A DNA stretch of 64,000 nt from an uncultured Spirochaetota bacterium (GCA_963745235.1 CAVUXE010000057.1:15565-79564); one strand, 5' to 3'; positions 26,302-36,557 are shown, counted from the stretch's first letter. The notes: a model not told the origin generated them from the sequence alone. Numbers and translations are program-made.

Positions 26302-28025
26302 TTCTGCGTGCCCTCGCTCCCCGGCGGGAAGCGGACCGGGAGCGTGCCGGTTGGCGTGAAGTCACCCGCGAGCGCCGCGAACCCGGCTCGAAACGAATCC
26401 TTCCCGTCCCCGTAGACCGCGATGGCGGTGGTCACCCACGGGACTTCCTGGAGATAGACGGGGCTCAGCGCGGAGATCACGACGACGTTCTTCGCCATGC
26501 CCTGGAGCTCCTTCAGCACGTCCAGGCTGTTGAAATTGGCAAGGCAGAACACGATGGTGTCATAGCGGCCGGCCAGGGCTCGCATTGCCGCTCTGTCCTC
26601 CCTGCGGGCCACGTAGAAAGGCATGAAGGGAAAGAGGAAAGTCTCCGCGCGGGGATACCGTCGAAGGCCTTCGCTCATGAAGTCCTGAAACTGCCCCGCA
26701 AGCAGGATCCTGCGGCCCTGCGCCGGGCGGAAGGGGACCTGCGCGGAGGAAATGGCCGTGACCGCCCGGGTGGCGCTTTGCGTGAAGAAGTCAAGCGCGC
26801 CCGCCGCGGGCACCAGGGACGCTACCCTGTCTGGATCCGGGATCAACAAAGAGCTGCCGTCACGGAAGAATCGAAGCTTGGTCTCCAGGACGCGCCGCAC
26901 GGAGCCCTTGACGGCGGCCCTGAAAGCGGCGTCATGGCGCATCGTCTTGATGAGCTCATCCCACGTCCGCGCCTGGGTTGCCGGCGTGTGCGAGATGAGC
27001 ACCATGTCGTTTCCCGCCTCCAGGGCCCGCCGGCATGCGCTCGGCGTGGTGAGGCCCCCGGTGAGCACCCCGTCCATCTCCATGTCGTCCGTGATGATCA
27101 TCCCCTTGAACCCGAGCCGGTCACGCAGAACGCTCTGCAGGAAGAACGGAGAGAGCGAGGCGGGCGTCAGGTTGCCGAGGATTCGCGGGAAAGCGAGGTG
27201 ACCGGTCATGACCGCGGGAATGCCCTCCGCGATGAGGATCCGATACGGCACGAGGTCCCGGTCCAGGAGCTGGGAAAGCGTGACATCGATGCGGGGAAGC
27301 CTGCCGTGCGAATCCTTGTCCGCGGAACCGTGCCCGGGGAAATGCTTCGCGGTGGTAATGACCCCGGCCTTCTGCATGCCGCGCGCATAAGCGGCGGAGA
27401 GGAGCCCCGTCTCCGAGGGGTCGGACCCGAAGGAGCGCGGGCCGATGACGCTCGCCTCGGGGTTGGAGTAGACGTCCGCGGTGGGCGCGAAGTCCATGTT
27501 GATGCCGAGCGCCGCGAGCTCCCTGCCGAGGTAGTACCCGGTGAGGAAAGAGTCCTCGGGCGCCCCCACCGCGCCCAGGGCGAGGTTGCCCGGGGAGATG
27601 GAGGTCTCATCCTTGATCTGGCGCACCCACCCGCCTTCCTGGTCTGTGGCCACGAAAAGCGGGACATGGAACCTGCCGCGCTCAGCCAGGCGCTGCATCA
27701 GAGCCACGTCCCGAGCAAGCGAGGTGAGGTCCGAGACGTTGCGCGGGAACAGCTTCACTCCGCCGATGCTGTGGTCCTTGATCCAGTGCTGGATCTCCGC
27801 GGACGGTCCCACTCCCTGGTAGCCCAGGAAGAACACCTGTCCAAGCAGCTCGTCGTCCGTCATTGCGTCTGCGATGCGGGAGGCAAGAGACGCGGGCGGG
27901 CCGGGATCGAAAAATCCAAGGCCCCAGGCCCTGCCGGCCAGGGCGGCCAGGAGGAGCGCGGCAGACGCCGCCTTCAGGAAGCGATGCGCGGATCGCGTCT
28001 CCACGATCAGAATGCCAGGTTCCAT
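26298..28025 (-). CDS. Exported GH3 beta-N-acetylhexosaminidase (NagZ-like)
   Basis: DQEGGWV, APTADV, KHFPGHG..DSH, ITDDMEM; N-terminal hydrophobic signal. Confidence 0.88.
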   Translation of the reverse strand: MEPGILIVETRSAHRFLKAASAALLLAALAGRAWGLGFFDPGPPASLASRIADAMTDDELLGQVFFLGYQGVGPSAEIQHWIKDHSIGGVKLFPRNVSDLTSLARDVALMQRLAERGRFHVPLFVATDQEGGWVRQIKDETSISPGNLALGAVGAPEDSFLTGYYLGRELAALGINMDFAPTADVYSNPEASVIGPRSFGSDPSETGLLSAAYARGMQKAGVITTAKHFPGHGSADKDSHGRLPRIDVTLSQLLDRDLVPYRILIAEGIPAVMTGHLAFPRILGNLTPASLSPFFLQSVLRDRLGFKGMIITDDMEMDGVLTGGLTTPSACRRALEAGNDMVLISHTPATQARTWDELIKTMRHDAAFRAAVKGSVRRVLETKLRFFRDGSSLLIPDPDRVASLVPAAGALDFFTQSATRAVTAISSAQVPFRPAQGRRILLAGQFQDFMSEGLRRYPRAETFLFPFMPFYVARREDRAAMRALAGRYDTIVFCLANFNSLDVLKELQGMAKNVVVISALSPVYLQEVPWVTTAIAVYGDGKDSFRAGFAALAGDFTPTGTLPVRFPPGSEGTQK

Positions 28026-28804
28026 TCGTCGCTCGAGTACTTTTGAGCGAGGATGCGGGCCGCGGCCTCCCGCTCTTCCGCGCTGAGGTCTGATTCCTCG
28101 GCGTGCACGCAATCTCTGAACGCGGAGGCAAAACCTGACCGCGCCTCCTCGAAGCTGAGACGTTTGCCCGCCTGCTCGTCCAGGGACGAAGGATCATGGG
28201 AATCCGCCGGTTCTTCCACGCCAAGGTAGCGGAACACCCGCCTGCCGGGATTGCTGAGAGGAATGGAACCGTGCTGAAGGATTGCGGTCCGCGTGGTCAT
28301 CTGGGCGCTGCCAATGAGCTTGCGGCCGTCACGCGCCGTTATCTCGAACTCACCGGACGAGCGAAAGCAGTCCGGGTTTCGAAGGTCTCCCTGTCGGGAG
28401 GAGTTGATCCTTGCCGCGACCCCCAGCCTGGCAAGTCCCTCCAACAGGATCCCGGCGATGAACTCGTAGACCGTCCGTTTCCGGGAGTCACCAAGGCGCT
28501 CGGCTATGAGGGTCTTCGAGAGGATGACGGAGTAGGTGAGCTCGTCGTCATGGAGCACCGCGTGTCCCCCCGTGGGCCTGCGCACCAGGGTCACGCCGTC
28601 CCGCGCGAGCAGCTCTGGAGAGTACAAGCCCTTGATCCTCTGGAACCTGCCCAGAGAAAGCGTGGGAGGCGAGAACCCATACAGCCGTATCACCTGCCCG
28701 GATCGACCGGCGCCAACCGCCTCCGCGAGAGCCTCGTCGATGGCCATGTCGAGCCTGCCCTCCATGCGGGGGTGCAGGATGAGGCGGAAACTAATACTTT
28801 TCAC
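28007..28804 (-). CDS. Lipoate-protein ligase A / LipM-like octanoyltransferase
   Basis: MAIDEAL, LSLGRFQ, VRRPTGGHAVLHD, GRKLIGSAQ, LQHGSI; GTG start overlaps the trxB end. Confidence 0.88.
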   Translation of the reverse strand: MKSISFRLILHPRMEGRLDMAIDEALAEAVGAGRSGQVIRLYGFSPPTLSLGRFQRIKGLYSPELLARDGVTLVRRPTGGHAVLHDDELTYSVILSKTLIAERLGDSRKRTVYEFIAGILLEGLARLGVAARINSSRQGDLRNPDCFRSSGEFEITARDGRKLIGSAQMTTRTAILQHGSIPLSNPGRRVFRYLGVEEPADSHDPSSLDEQAGKRLSFEEARSGFASAFRDCVHAEESDLSAEEREAAARILAQKYSSDEWNLAF

Positions 28805-29729
28805 CCTTCGTCTCGTCGATGTATTGCCCTGCGGCGTGGGCCGCCACGGCGCCTTCCCCTGCCGCGACGACGAGCTGGCGGAACGGGCTTGCGCGCACGT
28901 CCCCGACCGCGTACAGGCCGGGAACGCGCGTCTCCATGCGCTGGTTCGTCTCGATGTATCCGCCATCATCAAGGGGAAGCCCCATCCCCTTCACAAGGTC
29001 GGTCCGCGGATCGGAGCCGATGAAGACGAAGACGGCCGCCACCTCCTCCTCGCACTCCTTTCCCGCCTGGTTGTCCACCAGCTTGACCTTCCTCACCACC
29101 TTGTCGCCCTCGATCTTTCGAAGCTCGGTGTTGAAGCGCACGGTAATCTTGGGGTTTGCAAGCACGCGCGCCGCCACGGCCTTCTGCGCGCGGAACCTGT
29201 CCCGCCGGTGGATCATGAGGATGGAATCAGCGAGGTGCGAAAGGTAGGTTGCCTCGTCGCAGGCGGCATCTCCCCCGCCCACCACCAGCATCCTTTTCCC
29301 CTTGAAGAAGGGGCCGTCGCAGGTTGCGCAGTAGGATACGCCCTTTCCCGACAGCTCGGCCTCACCGGGCACCCCGAGGGTGCGGTGTTTCGCCCCCGTG
29401 GCCAGGATGACCGTCAGGGTGGTGATGGGGCCCCGGTCGGTCTCCACGACGAAAATGCCGTCCTCTTTCCTCACGGCGGACACCGCCGCATTCTCGACCT
29501 GTGCGCCGAACTTCCTGGCCTGCTCCTCCATTTTCTGGGTGAAATCGAAGCCGCTCACCGCGTCAGGGAAGCCCGGGTAGTTTTCCAGGGTGTCGATGAG
29601 GAGAGCCTGGCCGCCGGATGACAGCTCTTCCAGGAGGAGGGTGCGCAGGTTCCCCCGGGCGCCATACTGCGCGGCAGAGAGCCCGGCTCCGCCGGCTCCA
29701 ATGATGATGAGGTCCTGATCCGTTGTCAC
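28791..29729 (-). CDS. trxB: Thioredoxin reductase
   Basis: GAGGAG, ENYPGF, GVSYCATCDG, GGGDAA, AVGDVR. Confidence 0.95.
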   Translation of the reverse strand: MTTDQDLIIIGAGGAGLSAAQYGARGNLRTLLLEELSSGGQALLIDTLENYPGFPDAVSGFDFTQKMEEQARKFGAQVENAAVSAVRKEDGIFVVETDRGPITTLTVILATGAKHRTLGVPGEAELSGKGVSYCATCDGPFFKGKRMLVVGGGDAACDEATYLSHLADSILMIHRRDRFRAQKAVAARVLANPKITVRFNTELRKIEGDKVVRKVKLVDNQAGKECEEEVAAVFVFIGSDPRTDLVKGMGLPLDDGGYIETNQRMETRVPGLYAVGDVRASPFRQLVVAAGEGAVAAHAAGQYIDETKGEKY

Positions 29730-29769
29730 TGCAAAATCTCCCGGGCGAAAAGATACCAGATTGCCGGGC

Positions 29770-29796
29770 TCATGGGAAGGAAAGTTCTACCGACAT
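29770..29796 (+). promoter_or_regulatory. Possible sigma28 promoter of the flgN-flgK operon
   Basis: TCAT-N15-ACCGACAT versus consensus TAAA-N15-GCCGATAA; weak -35. Confidence 0.3.
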
Positions 29797-29823
29797 TGAA
29801 GGAAGATAGAGGAGCAGAAGACC

Positions 29824-30327
29824 GTGGATCAGCAGACGACTGTCCTGGGAGAGACCCTGCGGGGGCGGATGGAGCGGGAGAAGGAGCTTTTTCTCGAGAT
29901 GGGGCAGCAAGTCGAACGCCTTCGTGACTCGGTCCAGCGCAAGAGCTGGACAGCCGGGCTCGCCCTTGCCCAGGGCCTGGAGAGATTCGCCCTGACGATC
30001 GAGGAAGCTGACACCGAGCGAGACAAGGCCCTCTGCGCCCTCTGCGCCTCGCTGGGGCTTCCCGAGGACGCGGTCTTCTCTGCCGTGCTCTCACGAATGC
30101 CCGCTGGGCAGCGCAGGACGCTGGAAGAGAGCTGGCGAAACCTCCGTATGTCGGTCGTCCGGCTCGCAACGGCCACCAACCGGCTCAGGTACTTCGCGGA
30201 GGCGCTCGCGGGGACGCTCGGCAGGATTCTGGAGGAGGTTTTCCCGCATCGAAGGGGCAAGATCTATTCCCGCCGCGGCAAGGCGACCAGCGTCAACGAC
30301 TCGCTCCTGGTCGACAGAAGCCTGTAG
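29824..30327 (+). CDS. flgN: FlgN-like flagellar export chaperone
   Basis: Helical 167-aa protein directly before flgK; C-terminal YSRRG..SLLVDRSL. Confidence 0.7.
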   Translation: MDQQTTVLGETLRGRMEREKELFLEMGQQVERLRDSVQRKSWTAGLALAQGLERFALTIEEADTERDKALCALCASLGLPEDAVFSAVLSRMPAGQRRTLEESWRNLRMSVVRLATATNRLRYFAEALAGTLGRILEEVFPHRRGKIYSRRGKATSVNDSLLVDRSL

Positions 30328-30336
30328 GAGGTCAGC

Positions 30337-32214
30337 GTGCAGTCCACCTTTGCCCCCATAGAGCTCGGCAAGCGCGGGCTCGTCGCCACGACCCAGGGGA
30401 TACAGACCGTCGGTCACAACCTTTCCAACGCGTCCGTCGAAGGATACAGCAGGCAGCGCGTCGAGATGACTGCCAGCCCTCCGCTGTACGAGCCGCAGCT
30501 CAACCGCGAGCTCACCCCCGGCCAGATCGGCCAGGGCGTCGAGGTGTCACGGATCGAGCGTGTCAGGGACATGCTGCTGGAGGGCAGGATCGTTTCCGAG
30601 CAGAACATGCAGGGCTACTGGGACGCCCGGGACAAGTACATCCTCATGATGGAGCAGGTCTACAACGAGCCGACAGATCATTCCGTGCGGACCCTCATGG
30701 ACAGGTTCTGGGGGTCGTGGCAGGAGCTTTCGATCAATCCTACGGACATGGCGGCCCGGCGGTCAGTTCTGGAAAAGGGCAAATCTCTCATCGACGGCAT
30801 CCACGAGCGGTATGCCCGGCTCAAGGGCATCCGGGACATGCTGGACGATGATGTGCGCGGCACCGTGAAGCAGGTCAACGAGCTCACGACGGAAATTGCC
30901 GGCTTGAACAAGCAGATTCAGAAGATCCAGGCCCTCGGGGACAACCCCAACGACCTCAAGGACCGAAGGGATCTCCTGGTAGGCAGGCTGTCGGACCTCG
31001 TCGACATCTCCGTAACGTACAACGATCCGGCCGGGGAGCTCGTCATAGCCACGGGCGGCATGCACATCGTGCAGGGAGCCCACCACGAGGTGATCGGGCT
31101 GGATCCCGACAAGACGGACGAGGGATACTCGAAGCTCGTGTGGGACGACACTCGCGGACCCGTGAACCTCCGCGGCGGCAAGCTCGCCTCCCTGGTGCAG
31201 CTGCGCGACGGGGACGCCCGCACGGAGATCCAGAGCCTGGACCTCATGACGGTGAACTTTGTCGACCTCGTGAACGAGATCCACCGCAAGGGCTTCGGCC
31301 TGAACGGGCAGACGGGAACCGACTTCTTCGTGGAGAGGCCATTCGTCTTCGACGTTGCCGGCAACTACGACCGGACGGGCAAAGGCGTCTTCGATTCCAC
31401 GTGGCTCTTCAGGGTCACCGGCGCAAACGAGCTCAAGCCCACGGACCTCATCGGCCTGGCCGGGACCATCACGCTCCCCGGGCGCCAGGGAAACGTGACG
31501 GTGGACTACCATCCCACGGACACCGTCGAGGATCTCATCACGCGCATCAACCTTTCCGGCTCGGAGGTGGTGGCACGCCTGAACTCGGACGGGAAGCTTT
31601 CCCTCAAGGCCGTGCCGGCGGCTGACAACCGAAACCCCGATTTCGTCCTGCGTGGCATCGAGGACTCGGGGCAGTTCCTTGTCGGCTACAGCGGCATCCT
31701 GCGTCAGCCGGGCGCGGCGGGGGCATATTCGTGGAACCAGGCAAACGCGGTGCAGGCGCTTCGCCCGGATGCGCAGTTTGCGGTGGCTCCCCTGGCCCAT
31801 CCGGCGGGCTGGATCAGCGTGAACGACCGCGTGGTGGAGGACCCGGGGACCATCGCGGCCGCCTCCGGGACGGCGGGGGTTTCGAACGGGATCGGAGACG
31901 GAACGGCTGCGCTCGCCATTGCGCAGCTTCGGACCACGCCGGTGATGGTCGGATCGGTCTCGACATTCGACGGCTATTTCGCGGACAGGGTTGCGGCCGT
32001 CGGCCTGAAGGGTGACGAAGCATCGCGGAGCATGGACACCACGAAGCTCGTGATGAAGGAGCTGAAGGACATGCGGGAGTCACTGTCGGGGGTGAACCAG
32101 GATGAGGAGCTCACCAAGATGATCACCTACCAGAACGCCTACTCCGCCATCGCCCGGTTCGTGACAACCTTCGACCAGATGCTGCAAGTCATCATCAACA
32201 GGATGGGTGTGTAA
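30337..32214 (+). CDS. flgK: Flagellar hook-associated protein 1
   Basis: GHNLSNASVEGYSRQRV, PNDLKDRRDLL, SGVNQDEE..YQNAY. Confidence 0.96.
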   Translation: MQSTFAPIELGKRGLVATTQGIQTVGHNLSNASVEGYSRQRVEMTASPPLYEPQLNRELTPGQIGQGVEVSRIERVRDMLLEGRIVSEQNMQGYWDARDKYILMMEQVYNEPTDHSVRTLMDRFWGSWQELSINPTDMAARRSVLEKGKSLIDGIHERYARLKGIRDMLDDDVRGTVKQVNELTTEIAGLNKQIQKIQALGDNPNDLKDRRDLLVGRLSDLVDISVTYNDPAGELVIATGGMHIVQGAHHEVIGLDPDKTDEGYSKLVWDDTRGPVNLRGGKLASLVQLRDGDARTEIQSLDLMTVNFVDLVNEIHRKGFGLNGQTGTDFFVERPFVFDVAGNYDRTGKGVFDSTWLFRVTGANELKPTDLIGLAGTITLPGRQGNVTVDYHPTDTVEDLITRINLSGSEVVARLNSDGKLSLKAVPAADNRNPDFVLRGIEDSGQFLVGYSGILRQPGAAGAYSWNQANAVQALRPDAQFAVAPLAHPAGWISVNDRVVEDPGTIAAASGTAGVSNGIGDGTAALAIAQLRTTPVMVGSVSTFDGYFADRVAAVGLKGDEASRSMDTTKLVMKELKDMRESLSGVNQDEELTKMITYQNAYSAIARFVTTFDQMLQVIINRMGV

Positions 32215-32224
32215 GGGGACCTGA

Positions 32225-33475
32225 ATGAAACGGATAAGCTCACAGTTGCCCACATACGACAGCAACTACTATACGCGCCTGCGCGAGTATGACATGAACG
32301 AGATGTACGGGAAGATCGGCGGGCAGACGCGCATCAGCAAGCTGCGTGACGACCCGATGGCCGCCTCGCGCTCGACGCGCTTCCAGTCGGAGATCCTGCG
32401 CAACGAGCGCTACGGGAAGAACGTGGAGAGCGTCCGCGGCACCATCGCCACGGCGGAGGGAGACCTGCGCAGCGCCATGGACGTCCTGCAGCGCATTCGT
32501 GAGCTGGGCGTGCAGGGGGCGAACGGCACGCTGGACAAGACGCAGATGGGGTATCTCGGCCAGGAGGTGGATCAGCTCCTGGGGGAGCTTCTCACCGTCG
32601 CCAATACCAAGGACCAGAACGGCAACTATCTCTTCGCGGGGACCGCGTCACGGACGACGCCATTCAGGCTGACCATGGGGCGCGTGGCGGGGGGAGACGG
32701 TGACAAGGTGGTCTCCGTCGACTACATGGGGAACATCGGGCGGAACGCCGCGGAGATCTCCGAGGGGGCCCAGGTGGGGATCAACCTGCCGGGCAACGTC
32801 GCTTTCTGGGCGGAGCAGCAGCAGATCTATTCGACGGTGGACGGGAGCCAGTACCGCGTGCAAAGAGATCAGTCCATCCGGATCGACGGCACAGAGATCC
32901 ACCTCGCCACCGGCGACACGTTGAGCGCCGTTGCGGCGAAGATCAACGACGCGAGCGTCCCCGTGCGGGCCCGCATAGATCCCGTGGCGGGCGCCCTGGT
33001 GCTTGAAACCACGGTGGCCCACCAGATCTGGGCGGAAGACCTGGGCGGCGGCACGGTGCTCCAGGACCTCGGGATCCTTGCCCCCGGCGGAAGCCACCCG
33101 CCTCTCAACGTCGCCCAGAGCGCCCGCGTTTTCGGGGGATCGATCTTCGACATGGTGATTGCCCTGCGAAACGCACTCTACGAGGGCTCCTCGGAGAAAG
33201 TCAGCACGGCGGGCCTTCGCGGCCTGGAGAGCTCGATCACCAACATGGCCGGCGTCCTGGGCGATATTGGCGCGCGGGACAACCGCCTGGAGGCAACGGC
33301 CAAGAGGCTGGAATACGAGAAGCCGGTGCTGGTGGGGTTCGATTCCCAGGAACGGGACCTGGACATGGCGGATGCGATAACGCAGCTGAAGACGCTGGAG
33401 TACACCCAGGAGGCGGCGCTGTCCGCCACTGCGCGGGCCCTGAACCGCCCGAAGCTCCTCGATTTCCTGAGGTAG
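32225..33475 (+). CDS. flgL: Flagellar hook-associated protein 3
   Basis: RISKLRDDPMAA, GANGT, NGNYLFAG, LLDFLR terminus. Confidence 0.95.
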   Translation: MKRISSQLPTYDSNYYTRLREYDMNEMYGKIGGQTRISKLRDDPMAASRSTRFQSEILRNERYGKNVESVRGTIATAEGDLRSAMDVLQRIRELGVQGANGTLDKTQMGYLGQEVDQLLGELLTVANTKDQNGNYLFAGTASRTTPFRLTMGRVAGGDGDKVVSVDYMGNIGRNAAEISEGAQVGINLPGNVAFWAEQQQIYSTVDGSQYRVQRDQSIRIDGTEIHLATGDTLSAVAAKINDASVPVRARIDPVAGALVLETTVAHQIWAEDLGGGTVLQDLGILAPGGSHPPLNVAQSARVFGGSIFDMVIALRNALYEGSSEKVSTAGLRGLESSITNMAGVLGDIGARDNRLEATAKRLEYEKPVLVGFDSQERDLDMADAITQLKTLEYTQEAALSATARALNRPKLLDFLR

Positions 33476-33478
33476 CAG

Positions 33479-33931
33479 ATGACGATGAAGATCCGCACCA
33501 AGCCATACGGCGAGATGGAGATTGCAGACAGGCAGAGGCTCATCTTTCCCCGGGGCATCTTCGGGTTCGAGGAGTTGCGTGAGTTCGCGCTCCTGGACTC
33601 CGCCCAGACCCCGTTCTACTGGCTGCAGTCCCTGCAGCGCGTGGAGATTGCCTTCGTCCTGATAGACCCGCACTTCTTCCGTCCCGACTACACTCCGGAC
33701 GTGGATCCCGCGGAGCTGCAGGAGATCGAGATCCGGGGCCCCGAAGACATGCTCGTCTTCGCCATCGTTACAATCCCCGAGGACTCCTCACGCATGACGG
33801 CCAACCTCCAGGGACCCCTCCTCATCAACAGGCGCACCAGCGTCGGGCGCCAGTCCATCAGCACCAATCCGCTCTGGGGTGTGCGCCACACCATCCTCGA
33901 GGAGCTGGCGCTCGCGCGACGGGGAGCCTGA
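33479..33931 (+). CDS. fliW: Flagellar assembly factor FliW (CsrA antagonist)
   Basis: FPRGIFGFE, FYWLQS, MTANLQGPLLIN. Confidence 0.95.
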   Translation: MTMKIRTKPYGEMEIADRQRLIFPRGIFGFEELREFALLDSAQTPFYWLQSLQRVEIAFVLIDPHFFRPDYTPDVDPAELQEIEIRGPEDMLVFAIVTIPEDSSRMTANLQGPLLINRRTSVGRQSISTNPLWGVRHTILEELALARRGA

Positions 33932-34309
33932 TGCTGATCCTTGCGCGGCGGATCGGTGAAAGCATCATGGTCGGGGACCAGGTGGAGATCTCCGTTGTCG
34001 ACATCAAGGGAGATCAGGTGAAGCTTGGCATCAATGCTCCCTCCCAGGTGAAGGTGTACCGGCGCGAGGTGTACTCCGCCATCCAGGAGGAGAACCGTGC
34101 CGCGGCCGCGGCCGCCCCCCGGAGCCTCCCGCATATCGAGGGTCTGCTGGAGAAAAAGGAGAGCACGGAAGGGTCCAAAGGGGCCCCCGGGAAGGGCTCC
34201 CCAAGGGGCCCCCAGGGAAGGGCCCAAGGGCGATCCGCGGGAAGGGCCCAAGGGCGGCAGTCGAGACGAGCCGAAGCCGGGCCCTACGGGGAATCCACGA
34301 GCCCGCTGA
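33931..34309 (+). CDS. csrA: Carbon storage regulator CsrA with a low-complexity repeat tail (end uncertain: 34309 if the indels in the repeat are errors, 34410 as read)
   Basis: MLILARRIGESIMVGD..VKLGINAP..VYRREVY..IQEENRAA. Confidence 0.92.
34168..34264 (+). repeat. About 24-bp tandem repeat x4 in the csrA tail
   Basis: Units of 23/26/24/24 nt starting GAAGGG, e.g. GAAGGGCCCAAGGGCGATCCGCGG and GAAGGGCCCAAGGGCGGCAGTCGA. Confidence 0.75.
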
Positions 34310-35417
34310 AGATCTGGTCGAAACGGTCCGCAATTTCCAGGAACCTGTCCGCGAGGAAAGGATCGAAGTGCGTTGCCCGTTCCGCGCGGATGGTCTCCAC
34401 CGCCCTCTGATGGGTGAAAGCCTCCTTGTACGGGCGACGCATCCGCAGCGCGTCGTAAACGTCCGCCAGGGCGACAATGCGGGCGGACAGCGGAATAAGG
34501 TCCTCGTTCAGGCCGTGGGGGTAGCCGGTGCCGTCCCAGCGCTCGTGGTGGCGCAGGGCAATCTCGCTGGCCATGGGGTTGGGATAGGTTGAGAGGATGT
34601 ACGCCCCGTTCTTCGTGTGCTCCTTCATCACTTCCCATTCCCAGCTCTCCAGGGGGCCAGCCTTGTTGAGGATGTCGTCAGGAGTCCCGATCTTCCCCAT
34701 GTCATGCAGTGCGGCCACCTGGCCGATGCTCTCCACGAACTGCTGATCCACCTCCGGAGTCTCAGCTCGTCCATGGAGGTCTTCTGCGAGAGCCCGGGCG
34801 TAGAGATCCACTCTTTCGACATGATACCCCGTGTCGTTGTCCTTGAGACGCGCCGCCTGCAGGAGGCTGGCGAACGTGTTCTGGAGCAGCTGACGGTATT
34901 CCGTTGAAATGTCGAGGCAGACGGCGCAGAACGCGCGCGGCTGCTCCAGCATCGCGTGCGCGGCGATGGTGCCAGCCTGCGCCGTTGATGAGACGGGGAG
35001 GACCCATATCTTGGATACATTGAGGAGCTGATCCACGCCTGTCTTTTCCACCCGTCCGTTCCACATGAAGCCGGTGGCCGGAGAGAGGATTGCGCGGAAG
35101 AGCTCGCTGCTTCGTTTCTCATCGAAGAACGAGGCATAGAACTGGGTAAAGTACTGGCCCAGGACCTCCTCCCCGCACCCGAACAGGAGGCAGAAGCTCT
35201 CGTTCGCCGTGATGATCTTCAGGCTGCCGTCGAGAAAGAGGCTTGGGATCCGTTCGGTGAGGAAGCTTGTCTTCCATTGACGAAACTCAGCGGAGTCGAG
35301 GATCGAGGTGCCTTCGCTCTTCCCCGTCGAAAGCTCATCCAGGCTTTCTACATCGACCGCCTGGTCCACCCCAGGCTCACTGTTCGTTTCATCCATTGCC
35401 TTTTCCCGCTCATTCAC
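34284..35417 (-). CDS. PAS-like + HD-GYP c-di-GMP phosphodiesterase
   Basis: DTGYHVERV, LHDMGKIG, HHERWDGTGYP, ADVYDAL, HFDP. Confidence 0.92.
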   Translation of the reverse strand: MNEREKAMDETNSEPGVDQAVDVESLDELSTGKSEGTSILDSAEFRQWKTSFLTERIPSLFLDGSLKIITANESFCLLFGCGEEVLGQYFTQFYASFFDEKRSSELFRAILSPATGFMWNGRVEKTGVDQLLNVSKIWVLPVSSTAQAGTIAAHAMLEQPRAFCAVCLDISTEYRQLLQNTFASLLQAARLKDNDTGYHVERVDLYARALAEDLHGRAETPEVDQQFVESIGQVAALHDMGKIGTPDDILNKAGPLESWEWEVMKEHTKNGAYILSTYPNPMASEIALRHHERWDGTGYPHGLNEDLIPLSARIVALADVYDALRMRRPYKEAFTHQRAVETIRAERATHFDPFLADRFLEIADRFDQIFSGLVDSP

Positions 35418-36085
35418 ATCCCGCTCGCAATCTCTGCTTCGCTCTTCCTGAGGTACAGGGGGCGCAGGGGGAGGGGGTCAGCTCCTTCCCTTTCCATCTT
35501 TGCCACTCCGAGGCGCAGGAGCGCCCGCGGGTCCAGGAGCTCCGCGCACGGCACCGCGCCGGCCGGTTCTCCCAGGAGCGCCCGGATCCTGCACGCATCA
35601 GGACCGGCAAGAAGCGGGTCTTTCGCCGAAACAAGCCGCGCGGCCAGCGCCGCCGGCGTCAGATCCAGGTAATCGCTGCGACGCGTCCCCGCAATGAAGA
35701 GAGCCGTGTAAATCTTGCCTTTGCGGGCGTCGATGACAGCATACACCTCCCCCGCGCGGGATTGCCAGGGCTCTGCAATCGCATCAAGGGTGGAGACTCC
35801 CACCACGGGGATCCCGCGCGCGCTGGAGATCCCCAGAGCGGTGGCAAGCCCGATACGTATCCCCGTGAAGGAGCCGGGCCCAATGGAGCAGACGATGAGA
35901 TCCAGGCTGGCGGCCGTGAGGCCGAGGCGGACGAGGAGCGTATCCACCAGGGGGAGAAGGGAAGGTGAGTGCTGAAGGCCCTGCCGGAGGGCAAGAGAAG
36001 CCCATGCTCCGGAAGCGCACACGCTGATTGCAAGCACCTCCGTGGAGGTGTCCACGGCGAGAACGTTGCCGTTCACGTGATGCAT
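35414..36085 (-). CDS. tsaB: t6A tRNA modification protein TsaB
   Basis: LAVDTST, GPGSFTGIRIG, DARKG, PLYLRKSEAE. Confidence 0.95.
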   Translation of the reverse strand: MHHVNGNVLAVDTSTEVLAISVCASGAWASLALRQGLQHSPSLLPLVDTLLVRLGLTAASLDLIVCSIGPGSFTGIRIGLATALGISSARGIPVVGVSTLDAIAEPWQSRAGEVYAVIDARKGKIYTALFIAGTRRSDYLDLTPAALAARLVSAKDPLLAGPDACRIRALLGEPAGAVPCAELLDPRALLRLGVAKMEREGADPLPLRPLYLRKSEAEIASGM

Positions 36086-36546
36086 TCCTCCACAAGGATG
36101 TCGCGGCCGCCGTCCGGGGCCAGTCCGACAGAAATGCGGGTATGGGGGACGTCAAGCGGCTCCAGCTTTTCTCCCCATTCGACCACGACAATCGAATCCC
36201 CGCGCAGAATGTCCTCAAGGCCGAGATTCTCCATCTGGTCCCGGCCATCTATCCGATACAGGTCGACGTGATACAACGTGACTCCCTGGCTTCGATACTC
36301 CGAGATGATGGTGTAGGTGGGGCTCGAGATTTCCTCCCGGATACCGAGCCCGCGGGCCATTCCCTTTGCAAGGACTGTCTTGCCTGCTCCCAGGGGGCCA
36401 ATCAGCAGCACGACTGCCCCGGGGGAGAGCGCGGCACCCAGCCGTTCACCGAGGGCGAGGGTGTCCCCTGGTGCGGCGCAGTGATGCCGGGCTGAGGACA
36501 GAGTACTCACGGTCGGCAGAGTAGTGGAAACGTATCCGGCGGTCAA
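36073..36546 (-). CDS. tsaE: t6A tRNA modification ATPase TsaE (start uncertain)
   Basis: GPLGAGKT, SPTYTI, HVDLYR, VEWGE. Confidence 0.95.
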   Translation of the reverse strand: MTAGYVSTTLPTVSTLSSARHHCAAPGDTLALGERLGAALSPGAVVLLIGPLGAGKTVLAKGMARGLGIREEISSPTYTIISEYRSQGVTLYHVDLYRIDGRDQMENLGLEDILRGDSIVVVEWGEKLEPLDVPHTRISVGLAPDGGRDILVEECIT

Positions 36547-36557
36547 TGGCGGCCGTC

